Translations under genes and position numbers: made by a program | Assembly: GCA_041909865.1 (NCBI GenBank) | Contig: JAYRRZ010000040.1 | Span: forward strand, 10,984-74,983 | Length of the DNA: 64,000 bases | Reading direction: 5' to 3' | Origin: Candidatus Altimarinota bacterium | Lineage (GTDB): Bacteria; Patescibacteriota; Gracilibacteria; BD1-5; UBA2023 | Notes under the pieces: model-generated | The model's database searches: none | What the model saw: the letters and a program-made list of their open reading frames with translations, nothing else | Told to the model about the DNA's origin: nothing | Part shown: positions 1 to 10,231 of the stretch, piece by piece | How the letters are laid out: each line of letters starts with the position of its first letter | Position numbering within the stretch: position 1 is the first letter of the stretch

Positions 1-287
1 ATACTCCCTATTTTTGCCTCTATATTTATCCCGTGATGTTCGAAGAATCGGGCATCTTCTATTGTGATAATATCCCGCACCAATGATATATCCAGACTTC
101 ATGAGTATGGTATCATATATCCTCCAGCGCTTCATTTTTCGGTGAGCATTTTCCCACTTTTATCTATTAGAATCATACTCCCATAAGGGAGAGAAGGGTT
201 TTTTGACACCTGAATAACGCACTCAATCACGAAGCTTGAAGTAACTCATAAGAATATTATACTGATGAGGAGAATGAGTTTTTTCAT
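1..287 (-). CDS. Class A penicillin-binding protein (PBP1A-type): N-terminal membrane anchor plus start of GT51 transglycosylase domain; gene continues beyond window start
   Basis: Minus-strand ATG at 285-287. Hydrophobic anchor MKKLILLISIIFLGVTSSF, then GT51 signature ITIEDARFFEHHGINIE. Three in-frame TGA read as Gly. Confidence 0.75.
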
Positions 288-318
288 AGATACTCCTTAT
301 TATATTGAAAAGAAAAAT

Positions 319-345
319 TTGACAAACACTTTTTCTCCATATAAT
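319..345 (+). promoter_or_regulatory. sigma70-like promoter upstream of rplJ
   Basis: TTGACA at 319-324 and TATAAT at 340-345. The spacer is only 15 nt; alternatively TAATGC at 342-347 gives 17 nt. Confidence 0.35.
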
Positions 346-620
346 GCAACCACTTCTATCGCAGACCGTAGGTTCCGAAAGGACGAAGAATAGCCTACCG
401 AGATGGACAGTGTAGTAGGTTTGTAGGTTTGTAGGTTAGTAGGTTAGGTTTTTCCAACCCACCAACCCCCAACCCCCAATACTCTAGATTGTTCGTGCGA
501 TAAGCGCGATTTTTTTTTCGCTTTTCGCCAGAAGGGTTAGAATCCAGAGTCCAGAATCAGTTTTTTTTTGTATCTGGTTTCTCTTAAATTCTAATTTCTA
601 AATTCTAATTTCTTATTTTT
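346..620 (+). promoter_or_regulatory. Long structured 5' leader of rplJ-rplL (possible L10-leader-type autoregulatory RNA)
   Basis: About 275 nt of non-coding sequence between the promoter-like boxes and the rplJ ATG. It contains a GT-rich/CA-rich imperfect inverted repeat (412-482) and a 14-nt tandem duplication (586-613). I could not match it to the known L10 leader by eye. Confidence 0.25.
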
Positions 621-1274
621 ATGGCTGTATCAAAAACAAAAAAAAGTGAACAACTTGCAGCTCTTGAGGCTCACCTCAAGGATGCTACAAGCATTGGTTT
701 TACTTCCAATCAGAAGATTACTGCTCTCGAAGTATCTAATCTCAAGCGAGATCTCCGTGCTCAGAATGCAATCTTCCTCACAGTAAAGAAGACACTTATT
801 CGTATCGCATTCCAGAACGTATACAACGTTGAGCTCGATCTTAACACTCTTCCAGGACAGGTAGCACTCATTATTGCTAAAGATGATGCTATTGCTCCAC
901 TTGGAGTAGCAAATAAATATGTTACTGATTGGAGAAAAGAAGAGAAGATGGTATTCGTTGCAGGATATATGAAAGGTCGCATTATGGATGGTGCTGAGAC
1001 AAAGAAGCTCGCAACACTCCCTTCTCGTGAAGTTCTCCTTGCGAAGCTCCTTGGTTCTATGATGTCTCCACTTTCTGGTCTTGCTCGATTCTTTGATGCT
1101 GCCAAAAAAGATCTCGAAGACAAGAATCTTGCGAAGGTCGGAGATCTCACTATTAATGTTGCTGTGGTAACTGAGACACCTCAGGTTGAGGCTGCTCCAG
1201 AGGTGATAGTAGAAGCTCCTACTGAAGAACCTGCTCCAGAAACAGCTCCTACTGAAGAAGCAAAGGCTGAATAA
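621..1274 (+). CDS. rplJ: 50S ribosomal protein L10, with about 45-aa acidic Pro/Glu/Ala/Thr-rich C-terminal extension
   Basis: Intact 217-aa ORF with typical L10 sequence, directly upstream of L7/L12. No TGA codons. The tail VVTETPQVEAAPEVIVEAPTEEPAPETAPTEEAKAE is extra relative to a typical ~170-aa L10. Confidence 0.9.
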   Translation: MAVSKTKKSEQLAALEAHLKDATSIGFTSNQKITALEVSNLKRDLRAQNAIFLTVKKTLIRIAFQNVYNVELDLNTLPGQVALIIAKDDAIAPLGVANKYVTDWRKEEKMVFVAGYMKGRIMDGAETKKLATLPSREVLLAKLLGSMMSPLSGLARFFDAAKKDLEDKNLAKVGDLTINVAVVTETPQVEAAPEVIVEAPTEEPAPETAPTEEAKAE

Positions 1275-1353
1275 TTTTCGTTTCACATCCTGATTCGTTC
1301 GTTTCGAGTCAGGTGCGAGGTGAAAATCTCGATTTGGATAGGTGACATCATAT

Positions 1354-1428
1354 GTTATCGCGAGCGAAGTGAAGCAATCCATGCTTCTTCCTAGATTTTT
1401 TGGATTCTTTCGCTCCGCTCGGGAATAC
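1354..1428. repeat. Two S-type hairpin repeats in inverted orientation in the rplJ-rplL spacer
   Basis: gttatcgcgagcgaagtgaagcaatcc (1354-1380, plus strand) and the reverse complement of ggattctttcgctccgctcgggaatac (1402-1428). Same family as the repeats at 2940, 18279-18432 and 40114-40216. Confidence 0.6.
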
Positions 1429-1475
1429 TCCGAGTCGGTTCCAAATATATTTATTTTCTTTTTATTTTTTCTATT

Positions 1476-1853
1476 ATGGCTGAACTTTCTAAAAATGCTG
1501 AGAAAGTCCTCGAACTCGTTGAGGGTCTCACTATCGTAGAGCTCGCTGACCTCGTTTCCGCTATGGAAGAGAAGTTTGGAGTTTCTGCTGCTGCTCCAGT
1601 TGCTGTTATGGCTGGTCCTGCTGCTGCTTCTGCTGATGAGGAGAAGACTTCATTTGATGTTGTTATGACATCTGCAGGTGGTCAGAAGATTGCTGTTATC
1701 AAGGCTATCCGTGAGATTACTGGTCTCGGACTCGGTGAAGCAAAGGCTCTCGCTGACAACGGTGGTGATATCAAGAAGGGTGTGAAGAAGGATGAAGCTG
1801 AGAAGATCAAGAAGCAGCTCGAAGAAAACGGAGCTACTGTTGAACTCAAGTAG
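1476..1853 (+). CDS. rplL: 50S ribosomal protein L7/L12
   Basis: 125-aa ORF with an Ala-rich hinge and the C-terminal domain [24 protein letters not shown]...ATVELK. Confidence 0.95.
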   Translation: MAELSKNAEKVLELVEGLTIVELADLVSAMEEKFGVSAAAPVAVMAGPAAASADEEKTSFDVVMTSAGGQKIAVIKAIREITGLGLGEAKALADNGGDIKKGVKKDEAEKIKKQLEENGATVELK

Positions 1854-1857
1854 TCGC

Positions 1858-1890
1858 AAAATATCATCCAAATTGGATGATATTTTTATT
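1858..1890 (+). terminator. Rho-independent terminator after rplL
   Basis: Hairpin aaatatcatcca-aatt-ggatgatattt followed by a T-rich run. Confidence 0.7.
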
Positions 1891-1924
1891 TAAACCCAGT
1901 CGAATAGGCTGGGGTTTATTATTT

Positions 1925-2293
1925 CTACAATTCATGACATGCCATGATAATCTCTTCTCTGATAACTGGAGCGAGGTCTATGGTCATGTTTTTTGAATCT
2001 ATCTGGTAGACGTCATCGGGGTCATCAAGTGGGTTGACATGAGTTTTCCAGGTTCTCTCGAATCCAGAGATCTTTATGGAGTGTTTCTGTCCTTCGTATT
2101 CAACCTTGGTCTGGAATTTCTCAAATACCACTTCCACCGCATCATCGAGTCAGATAATCTTGAGATTAAAATCAAGTGGGGCAAGAAATCGAATATCTTC
2201 ATAGTATCCATCAAATACTTCACCAGAGAAAGAGAAATTCTTGGAATCTCATGAGTAGCTCATGAGAATGTCTGAAACAGAAAGGACGAACAT
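1925..2293 (-). CDS. DUF177/YceD-like protein (short)
   Basis: The 70-aa ORF 1925..2137 extends in frame through two TGAs to an ATG at 2291-2293. The C-terminal IDLAPVIREEIIMACH resembles DUF177. Confidence 0.45.
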
Positions 2294-2294
2294 A

Positions 2295-2843
2295 TTATGG
2301 ATTATCAAATGTTTTCATGATTTCTAGTGCTGAAGAATTTCAGATTTTCTCAAAAAGCACTCTCGCTTCTTCTTCTTGTCAGCTTGCCATAAGTGCCATA
2401 GCCAAATCATTGGTAATCGTAGCATCTTCTGGGGCAAGTGTATGGGCTCGCTTAAGGAGGATTTTTCCTCGTTCAATATCTCCTTGCATCACATAAGCCC
2501 ATCAGAGATTCCGGATAACCTCTGCATTGTTTGGCAGGAGGGAATTAGCTCGAGAGAGGACTTCGATGGCTTTGTCGAAGTCGCCTTTTGCTACCGCAAT
2601 AAATCACTCAAGATAGATACCAGTTCCAGATTCTGGATGGAGTTCACGAGCATAAGAAATCACTTCTTCTGCTTTCTCGATATTTTGCTCGAAGAGATAG
2701 ATATCAGCCAATTCTTCATAGAGTCTATAGTCCTCTGTGTGTCGAGCAAGTGCGCCGAGTGCTGTCTCTTTTGCTTCATGATATCGGCTCTCATGCTTGA
2801 GAGACTCTATCGTTTCGATGATGGTTTCGATAGGGGACTTCAT
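2295..2843 (-). CDS. TPR-repeat protein
   Basis: ORF 2604..2843 continues through four TGAs to TAA at 2295-2297. Repeated TPR-like helices (LGALARHTEDYRLYEELADIYL, AVAKGDFDKAIEVLSRA, YVMQGDIERGKILLKRA). Confidence 0.6.
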
Positions 2844-2939
2844 TGTTTGGAGTATAGGAAAAAGTGAGAAGAATGCAATATTTCTATCCTCTAAATATTT
2901 ATGGGTCTGAGCTTCGCGAAGAATTCAGCCACAATAATA

Positions 2940-2964
2940 GTCATTTCGAGTGTAGCGAGAAATC
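2940..2964 (+). repeat. S-type hairpin repeat
   Basis: gtcATTTCgagtgtagcgaGAAATc, with complementary ATTTC/GAAAT arms. Confidence 0.6.
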
Positions 2965-2985
2965 TTCCATTTAATGTTCCAGAAT

Positions 2986-3170
2986 CCAGAACGTACTTTT
3001 ATGACTAAAAGTACCAAAAGTCTTTCTGAAATCTTCCATGCTTCATTTCGGTATGTGTATTCCACTTGATTTCCTAAATCACAAAAACTCGCTTTGCTCA
3101 AACAGTTTGTGATTCGAAACGGAAATCAGTGTGGACACAAAAAGCGAAATTCGCATAAGGAAGAAAAATA
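2986..3170 (+). repeat. E-element copy 1 (about 185-nt dispersed intergenic element, possible ncRNA or MITE-like)
   Basis: Near-identical to 40229-40412. Contains hairpin H1 GTACTTTTA-tgac-TAAAAGTAC (2991-3012) and hairpin H2 AATCACAAA-20 nt-TTTGTGATT (3076-3114). Confidence 0.65.
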
Positions 3171-3183
3171 TTCCTCATAGTCG

Positions 3184-4260
3184 TTACTTTATACTCTTCC
3201 CCTTTTCTCCAGCAAGAGATTTTCCTTCTTCCTTGAGCGCGAGTTGACCACAGGCGGCATCAATATCATCACCCATAGTGTGACGAATAGTGGAAGGGAT
3301 TCCTGCTTGTTCTAGAGTATCCTGAAATTTTTTTATAATAATTTTTGACGTCGGTAAGAATCCATCACTACTCGTTCATTCTCCTGGATTATAAGGGATA
3401 AAATTCACATGAGCAAGTTTCCCTCGAAGGAGAATGGCAAGTTCCTTGGCATATTCGAGACGATCGGTTACTCCATTAATCATGATATATTCATAGAATA
3501 CTCGTTTGTTCGTCTTTTCAACATATCGATCAAGGGATGCCATGAGATTATGAATAGGGTAGGTATGGTCTACGGGCATGATTTTTTTTCTGGCTTCGTC
3601 ATTTGGTGCGTGGAGCGATATGGCAAGGGAGGTCTGAGGGAAATCATCACCAAATCGCTCAATTCCTGGGATAATTCCACAGCTTGAGACGGTAATCCTT
3701 CGATTGGAGAGGTCAAGTTTCTTCTGTGTGCAGGCAATCTGGATAGATTTCTTCACCTGTTCATAATTGAGAAATGGCTCACCCATTCCCATGTAGACGA
3801 TATTTCTGAGCTTCCTCTCCTCAGTATTGAGACGATGTATCGCCCATATAATCTGATCGATGATTTCATAAAATTCCAAGTTTCGGAGGAGCCCCAATTT
3901 CCCAGTAGCACAAAAAGCACAGGCCATCGGACATCACGCCTGAGAACTGACACACAGGGTGTTCCTTCCAGATAAGTGTCTCATGATAACCGCTTCAATC
4001 ATTTTTCCATCATGTGTCTTGAAGAGGCATTTTGTGGTTTGTCCATCTTCTCCAGTGGTTTCAGAATACACGGTGAGAGAAGAGTAGAAACAATTCTCTA
4101 TGAGTAGTTGTCGGATTTCTTTTGGCAGAGTTTCCATAACTCAAAAATCCGTTACCAGATTTTTGTAGAGAGCATTCTCAAGCTGGGCATATCGGAATTT
4201 TTTGTGACCATTTTGCTCGAGCAGGGTGATGACTTTTTCTTCATCATGAATAGAGAACAT
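3184..4260 (-). CDS. rlmN: 23S rRNA/tRNA m2A methyltransferase RlmN (radical SAM)
   Basis: Three same-frame pieces (3376..3927, 3934..4137 and an N-terminal part) joined by [21 protein letters not shown] radical-SAM box, MGMGEP, C-terminal DIDAACGQL. Confidence 0.9.
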
Positions 4261-4266
4261 AGATGC

Positions 4267-4641
4267 TTATGAATGATGATGTGATTGGGATTTTTTGAGG
4301 GCGAGACGGAGAGTCTCTGTTTTATCGAGAATTGGATTTCCCGTCTTTCGCTTGAAGCTCGATCCACAGGAGCAATGCTCCAAAAGTCACGCCTTATTGG
4401 TTATAATCCATTTCCCGGATACTGTAGTAAGCTTGGTGTTATTAAAAAACTCATTCTCATCTTTTTTGAAGTGGAAAGTAATGGTATCATATATCTCGCG
4501 CGAATCGGTTTCTGGATGTATTGACTCTGATACGGTGACTTTTTCTCCAGCACAACCTCATAATATGAGAAAAAACGAGACATCTGTGATGCCTCGTGCC
4601 TGCCAATCTGAAATGATTTGTTGAGAAAAAGGAAGAGTCAT
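4267..4641 (-). CDS. IscA/HesB-family iron-sulfur cluster insertion protein
   Basis: 124 aa with two in-frame TGAs. GCAGEKV and the C-terminal ...CSCGSSF motif are typical of HesB/IscA. Its ATG overlaps the upstream stop by one base (TAATG). Confidence 0.65.
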
Positions 4642-5072
4642 TATATACCAAGAAGGAGAACAGACGTAGAAAAGCCAATAATTCCTCATACAAGAGCCTC
4701 GACGGGAGTATGACCCATTGATTCATTGAAGTATTCGCCCTCATGATGGGAATTGAGCTTATTGAGAGCCTTGGCATGAAGTCAGGACTGATAGCGAACG
4801 TTCATCGCATCATAGATGATAACAATGGAGAATACGAGCGCCATAGTAAATTCATCACTCCATACAGAATACTTGAGTCCCATAGCAGTGGACAGTGCTA
4901 CAACAAATGTAGAATGAGCTGAAGGCATTCATCCACTTCCAAGCATATTAGCAAAACTAAAATGGCCCTTTGCCGCGTGGACGACTCACTTTACAATTAT
5001 TGCAATTACAAGAGCTGAGAATGGCACTCAGAGAGTATGTTCCCAGAAAAATGTATGAATGAGTTCAATCAT
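4641..5072 (-). CDS. Divergent PAP2 / DUF212 (acid phosphatase-vanadium haloperoxidase-related) membrane protein
   Basis: Motif GSG-G-MPSAHST (a TGA sits at the conserved Gly), ...YDAMNVRYQSGLHAKALN..., ...GHTPVEALVG. Confidence 0.65.
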
Positions 5073-5076
5073 AGTA

Positions 5077-5565
5077 TTATCTTACTTCGATGATGGTGAA
5101 TTCTTTTTGACCAGATGGAGCCGACATTGAAGTGGTATCACCACTATTTTTACCGATAAGACTTTTTCCAAGGGGAGACTCATTGCTAATCTTGTTTTCG
5201 AGGATATTCGCCTCTTGTGATCCTACTATTGTGTAGGTAAGCTTCTCTTTTGTTCCAACTTCTGCGATAGTTACGGTCGATCCAACATTAATTCCTGATT
5301 TCCTTTTCTTTCCAGACTTTTCTTCCTCTATGAGTTCATAGTTTCCTGGCTTGAGCATTTCCTCGAGTTCAGCAATACGAAGCTCAACTTGTGCTTGTTC
5401 ATCGCGAGCCTCTTGGTATTCAGCGTTTTCTGAGAGGTCACCATATGAAATAGCTTCTTTGAGTTTGTTGGCAATTTCTACACGCTTTTCTTCACGAAGA
5501 GACCGGAGTTCCTCTGCGAGCTCAGCAAGGCCAGTTTGAGTGAGGAGAATTTTCTTTTCAGACAT
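5077..5565 (-). CDS. greA: Transcription elongation factor GreA
   Basis: 162-aa intact ORF. The N-terminal coiled coil includes GDLSENAEYQEARDEQ, followed by a C-terminal globular domain. Confidence 0.9.
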   Translation of the reverse strand: MSEKKILLTQTGLAELAEELRSLREEKRVEIANKLKEAISYGDLSENAEYQEARDEQAQVELRIAELEEMLKPGNYELIEEEKSGKKRKSGINVGSTVTIAEVGTKEKLTYTIVGSQEANILENKISNESPLGKSLIGKNSGDTTSMSAPSGQKEFTIIEVR

Positions 5566-5594
5566 AATAAGGAAGTTAGGAGATTAAGAGTAAA

Positions 5595-6293
5595 TTATTT
5601 TTTGAGGAGCAAATCTTTGAGGGTATTGAATTTTGTTTTCGGTATTTGGATAGCAATGGCTTGATTTTCAATTTCCATAACCACGCGTACCAGTGTATCT
5701 GGTTTTGGAGGATTCAGATAGAAGCTCCTGAAAGGAAAGGTTTTTGTTTCATTAGGAGTGTATACTTCTTTGCCGAGTCATTTCGTATTTGCAAGAAACG
5801 TATTGTATGACATAGTACTTACCACCAGCGTTATTCCAATTTTCTCATCTACATAGGTTGAGTACTCAATACCTGCATCAAAAAGATGAATATCAAATAT
5901 ACCATTATTCTCACTTAGGGTGAGATTGAAGGTTGGCATAATCTTGGCAAGAAATTTCCCAGAAATTGGAAGCGTCTTTTGAGTCCCTCCAGTCTCACTA
6001 GCTGAATCGGCAGAGAGTATTATTTTCGATTCTCCTATTTGTTTCTTTTGAGTGAGTTCATCGATTTTCTTCGTAAGTTCATCTATCTTGGCATCAGTTT
6101 TTATCTGATATTTGAGTGTCTCAATTGCAACGGACGTATCAGTTTCTTTTGCTTGATTTGTTCTCACCGCAGTAAGAAGATTCCCTTTACCTGACATAGA
6201 GTAAATAATACTTCCAATAAAGGCAAGTGCCGCGAGTGCGAGAGTAATGAGAGCAATGCGCATAAATAAAAGTTTCAAGTATATAGTTTCCAA
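5595..6293 (-). CDS. Hypothetical membrane-anchored protein with coiled-coil segment
   Basis: ORF 5778..6293 continues through one TGA to TAA at 5595-5597. N-terminal TM segment (RIALITLALAALAFIGSIIY). The true start may be the internal Met at 6263. Confidence 0.5.
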
Positions 6294-6346
6294 GTATACA
6301 GTTACCAGAATTCTCTTGAAAATTTGGTAACCTTTGCACTTGATAA

Positions 6347-6898
6347 TTACTTTTTCTTTCCAACACTGGCAAACTCAATCTCCACTGGCGTATCACGCCC
6401 GAGAAGGTTGATCATGAGCTTGATACTGCCCTTTTGAGCATTTACTTCGATAATCTTCCCTTCACTTCATTCAAAAGGTCCGTTCTTTACGGAAGCATAA
6501 TCCCCAACTTGCATGTCAGTCTTGTATTCTTCGCTCTTTTCAGTGAGAACCCCCTTGAGTTTCTCGAGTTCTTCTCCACTTACAGGAACAGGAACAGTAC
6601 CAGCACCGAGAAATCCTGTTACATTTGGAGTATTACGAACGATATACCAGCTCTCATTGGTTACTATCATGCGAACGAGGATATATCCAGGGAAGATATT
6701 CTTTTTCTTTTTTACTTTTACTCCTCCAGCACGCACAGAAACTGAGTCGTGAGTAGGAACAAATACTTCGAGAATATGATTCTCGAGTCCGAATGCCTCA
6801 CGACGCTGCATGAGTGATTCACGGACGTTTTGTTCAGTTCCGGAGATTACACGGATAACATACCATTCTCCTTCGTTTTTGGTTCAGAATTCAAACAT
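6347..6898 (-). CDS. nusG: Transcription termination/antitermination factor NusG
   Basis: N-terminal MFEF-G-TKNEGEWYVIRVISGTEQNV, FPGYILVRM, and a C-terminal KOW domain (VGDYASVKNGPFE-G-SEGKIIEV). Lies directly downstream of secE. Confidence 0.9.
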
Positions 6899-6926
6899 GA
6901 TATTATGAGAGATTATAGGGTAGTGA

Positions 6927-7271
6927 TTACATTCCAGTTCCTGTTGCAGGACTATCAACAGTAAGGGTTACTCCTGTTTCAGTAGTTTCAGTATTGCTAT
7001 TTTGCTTTTTTTCGAGATTTTTTGTGAGAGTATCGAATTCTTCCTGACTAACTGTATCCTCCGCGCTGACGGTGGTTTCTGGTGCTTCATGTGGAAACTG
7101 TGCTCGAACTTCAGTGAGGACAAAGCGGATTCCATATCCGAGTACTGCAAGGAGACTTGCGAGAACCACAATAGTTCCAACCGTATAGGTCATGAATTTT
7201 TTAGTTTCGTTCGGAGTTGGCCATACTACATGCTCAAGTTCAGTGAGGGCTTCTTGGATAAATTTAAACAT
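6927..7271 (-). CDS. secE: Preprotein translocase subunit SecE with hydrophilic C-terminal extension
   Basis: ELEHVVWPTPNETKKFMTYTVGTIVVLASLLAVLGYGI, in the conserved secE-nusG order. Confidence 0.8.
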   Translation of the reverse strand: MFKFIQEALTELEHVVWPTPNETKKFMTYTVGTIVVLASLLAVLGYGIRFVLTEVRAQFPHEAPETTVSAEDTVSQEEFDTLTKNLEKKQNSNTETTETGVTLTVDSPATGTGM

Positions 7272-7340
7272 ACAATTGATAAAAAAATGAGAACAGAATC
7301 GCGAAAATTATATAAAAAATACCAAAAGAGTCAAAGGCAT

Positions 7341-7361
7341 TTTAAAATCCCCGGAGGGATT
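7341..7361 (-). terminator. Hairpin downstream of pyk
   Basis: aatccc-cgga-gggatt stem with a short U-run on the minus strand. Confidence 0.35.
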
Positions 7362-7407
7362 AGGATACCTTTGATTATAGAAAAAGATTACAAAAGTCAA
7401 ATTTCTC

Positions 7408-8838
7408 TTAGGAAATATCTCGGAGAGAGAGTATCTCCATGGTTGGAATCTCATTCCCATCTTCAATCAGGTCAGTGATAGCAACAATTCTATCACTTTC
7501 TGAGAATTGTTCCGAGTCCTTGAGGAATTGGATGGCACTCCTGAGATTCTGTTGATTATCTCACCAAGTATCGAGAAAAATTGACTTGATTCCATAGAGG
7601 ATTCTCATGAATCCAAGGGAGTATTTATTTCCAGTAAAGGCAAATATCGGGGTATCTGGGCGATATGCTGCGGCGATTCTTGCGAGTCGTCCAGATTTGC
7701 TAAAAAGTACTACTGCTCGGAGTCAGAGCGTTTTATTGATATCAATGGCTGCTTTGATTAGCGCCTTTTTTTCTTTATCTCTTTGAGAAAGTCCTTCATC
7801 TGAGTATTCATGATGCTTGTGTTCGAGCCCTTCTTCAGCTTCAATAATAACACTCGTCATCATCGAAACAGATTCAATCGGATATTTCCCAGTGGTTGTC
7901 TCGCCTGAGAGCATGGTTGCATCTGATCCATGAAGAACGGCACGGAATATATCAGAGACCTCAGCACGAGTAGGGAATGGGTGTTCAATCATGGATTCGA
8001 GCATATGGGTTGCTACGATGACGAATTTTCCATTTTGACGGCAGAGGTCGATGATTATTTTTTGGTATTTTGGAACCTTCTCGATTGGGACTTCGATGCC
8101 GAGATCTCCACGAGCCACCATAACTCCATCTGAGATTTTTACGATTGTTTCAAGATTTTCGATTCATTCGGCATTTTCTATCTTTGAAATAATCCGAATA
8201 TTCTCTCCACCATTTGTATTGAGGAATTCTCGTATTTCTCGAACATTGTCCGCTGTTCTGATAAATGATGCTGCTACGAAGTGATATCAATTTTTGATTC
8301 CAAAAAGAATATCTTCTTTGTCTTTTTCTGTTATTCAGGGGAGTCTGATACATACCCCCGGGAGATTAACGTGGCGACGAGATCCTATGGTAGCATCATT
8401 TTCTGCTATTACTTCGACGAAGTTCTCTCATTTTGCTCGAACTCGAACATGAAACAGACCACTATCTATCTCAATAATTCATCCGATGGCTACATCCTCT
8501 GCAAGGTGGAGATAATCGCAAGAGAGATTATTTCCTTCATTTACTGGGTGCGAATAGATACGGAATATATCACCTTTTTTGTAGATTTTCTTCTCAGCTA
8601 CATCACCCGTTCTGAGCTCTGGCCCCTTGGTATCGAGGAGGAGAGACAGGGAAGTCTTCTTGGTTTCATTGAGCGTATGAATCCGAGAGGAGATATCTCA
8701 AGCAGATGTATGGTCCGCATGAGAAAAATTAAATCGGATAACATTGACCCCATGTTCATAGAGTTGAATGAGCATTTCATCCGATGCAGTTGCTGGTCCT
8801 ACGGTAGCAATAATCTTGGTGCGTTTCTGAAGAGGCAT
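7408..8838 (-). CDS. pyk: Pyruvate kinase
   Basis: Same-frame pieces (7723..8121, 8698..8892 and others) joined only by TGA. RTKIIATVGP, MVARGDLGIEVP, SGETTTGKYP. Confidence 0.9.
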
Positions 8839-8897
8839 AGTGATAAGGAAAATGTAATGCGTGAAATATATGGAAGAGTCTTGTTTTTGCAAGAGTT

Positions 8898-9506
8898 TTA
8901 GTTATAGTTTTGCTTTTCGAAAAGAGGTCGATACATGTCATCTTCGGGCGCAATAATAAGATTTTCCCTTATCTGTCGCTCAGAAGTGAACGTACATCAT
9001 CATTCCTCGATGATTGCGAGGGGCTGACATTCATCCCCTTCTCCCATGGTATGTACTGCGCTGACAGCAAGAGCATCTGGCATATTCGTTCGCGCGAACA
9101 GAAATGGTCTACCAAAAATATCTGCCTTCCCTGTATAATCACGAATTCACTCAAATCCTGCATGTCAGAGGGATATTCCAATGGTTCCATTTCGAAACGG
9201 AATTGTTCGTGAATCAGTGATAATGATACCAAGTTGTTTGAGGCCGTAGTATTCACGAAGCTCTTCCCAGGTTTTAAGAGCACTTTCATATGAATCTCGT
9301 GGAAGCAGTATACATTTTCAGTTTCCATTGGATTCATCAATTCCAGCATTTGCCATTGGCATACCATCATGCATCGTGAGATGTACATACTTTGTCTGTG
9401 CATACCAGGTACTTTCAGACTTCACATATTCGAGTTTTTCCTCTTTGGTATTTGCGAAAAATGTTCGAGATTCTGCGAGAGCAACAATTTTTGAGGTGAT
9501 TACCAA
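8898..9506 (-). CDS. Coenzyme F420:L-glutamate ligase (CofE)-like protein; N-terminus uncertain
   Basis: ITSKIVALAESR, NAGIDESN, ITDSRTIPFRNGTIGISLG, GEGDECQPLAIIEEGG. The homology continues upstream to an ATG at 9603-9605 but is interrupted by an in-frame TAA at 9561-9563. Confidence 0.6.
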
Positions 9507-9586
9507 TATACTTTTTTCGTAAAGTATCGGTATATGTTCGATGATGAAGTCGAAGAGGTTTTATCATTCGAGAAAAATTCGAGTTT

Positions 9587-10213
9587 TTATTGCTGTGGTG
9601 ATCATTTTCAGAGAAGAGAGAGGATAAAGTAGGAGATTGGAGTATAGCAAAGTCCACCAAGTACTTTGTACATCCACCAAGGAATGGCCATCATAATGAT
9701 TTTTTCTGGTGAAAATACCCCGATAAAGGCAATACTCATAAATACGGCTGTATCTATTGCTTGGGAAATTATATTCGAGAAGATGGAAGCAAAGAAGAAG
9801 TTATCCCAGAGTCTCTTTCCGAGAAAAAATGTGAGTACATCGATATACTCAGAACAGAAATAAGCAACGAGTGAGGCGACTCAGATCCGCCATGAGAGCG
9901 AAAAAATCGTATCATAGGCATCACCGATTCTTGTATAGGTGGCTCAAGACCACGGGACAGTATTGGCAAGGAGAGTCCCCAGAATAAAAATTATGAGCGC
10001 CGTAAATCCAGAAAAAACGAAGAGTTTCGCTGTTTCCTTTCCATAGAGTTGACCAACGATATCGGTCGTGATAAATACAATCGGCATAATGAAGACAGCA
10101 ACTGATAGATGGGTTCCGAACACAAATGGCATAGTTTTCATCCCGAGGAGATTGCTCGCAAAGAGTGCAGAAATATATACTGCAAGGAGAAAAAAGAGTT
10201 TTTGATTGAACAT
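9587..10213 (-). CDS. yhhQ: Queuosine-precursor transporter YhhQ / VUT (DUF165) family membrane protein
   Basis: ORF 9944..10279 (Met at 10213) extends through TGAs to TAA at 9587-9589. ASNLLGMK...FIMPIVFITTDIVGQLYGKETAKLFV is typical of the family. Confidence 0.7.
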
Positions 10214-10231
10214 AAGTCGTTGATTTTTAGA

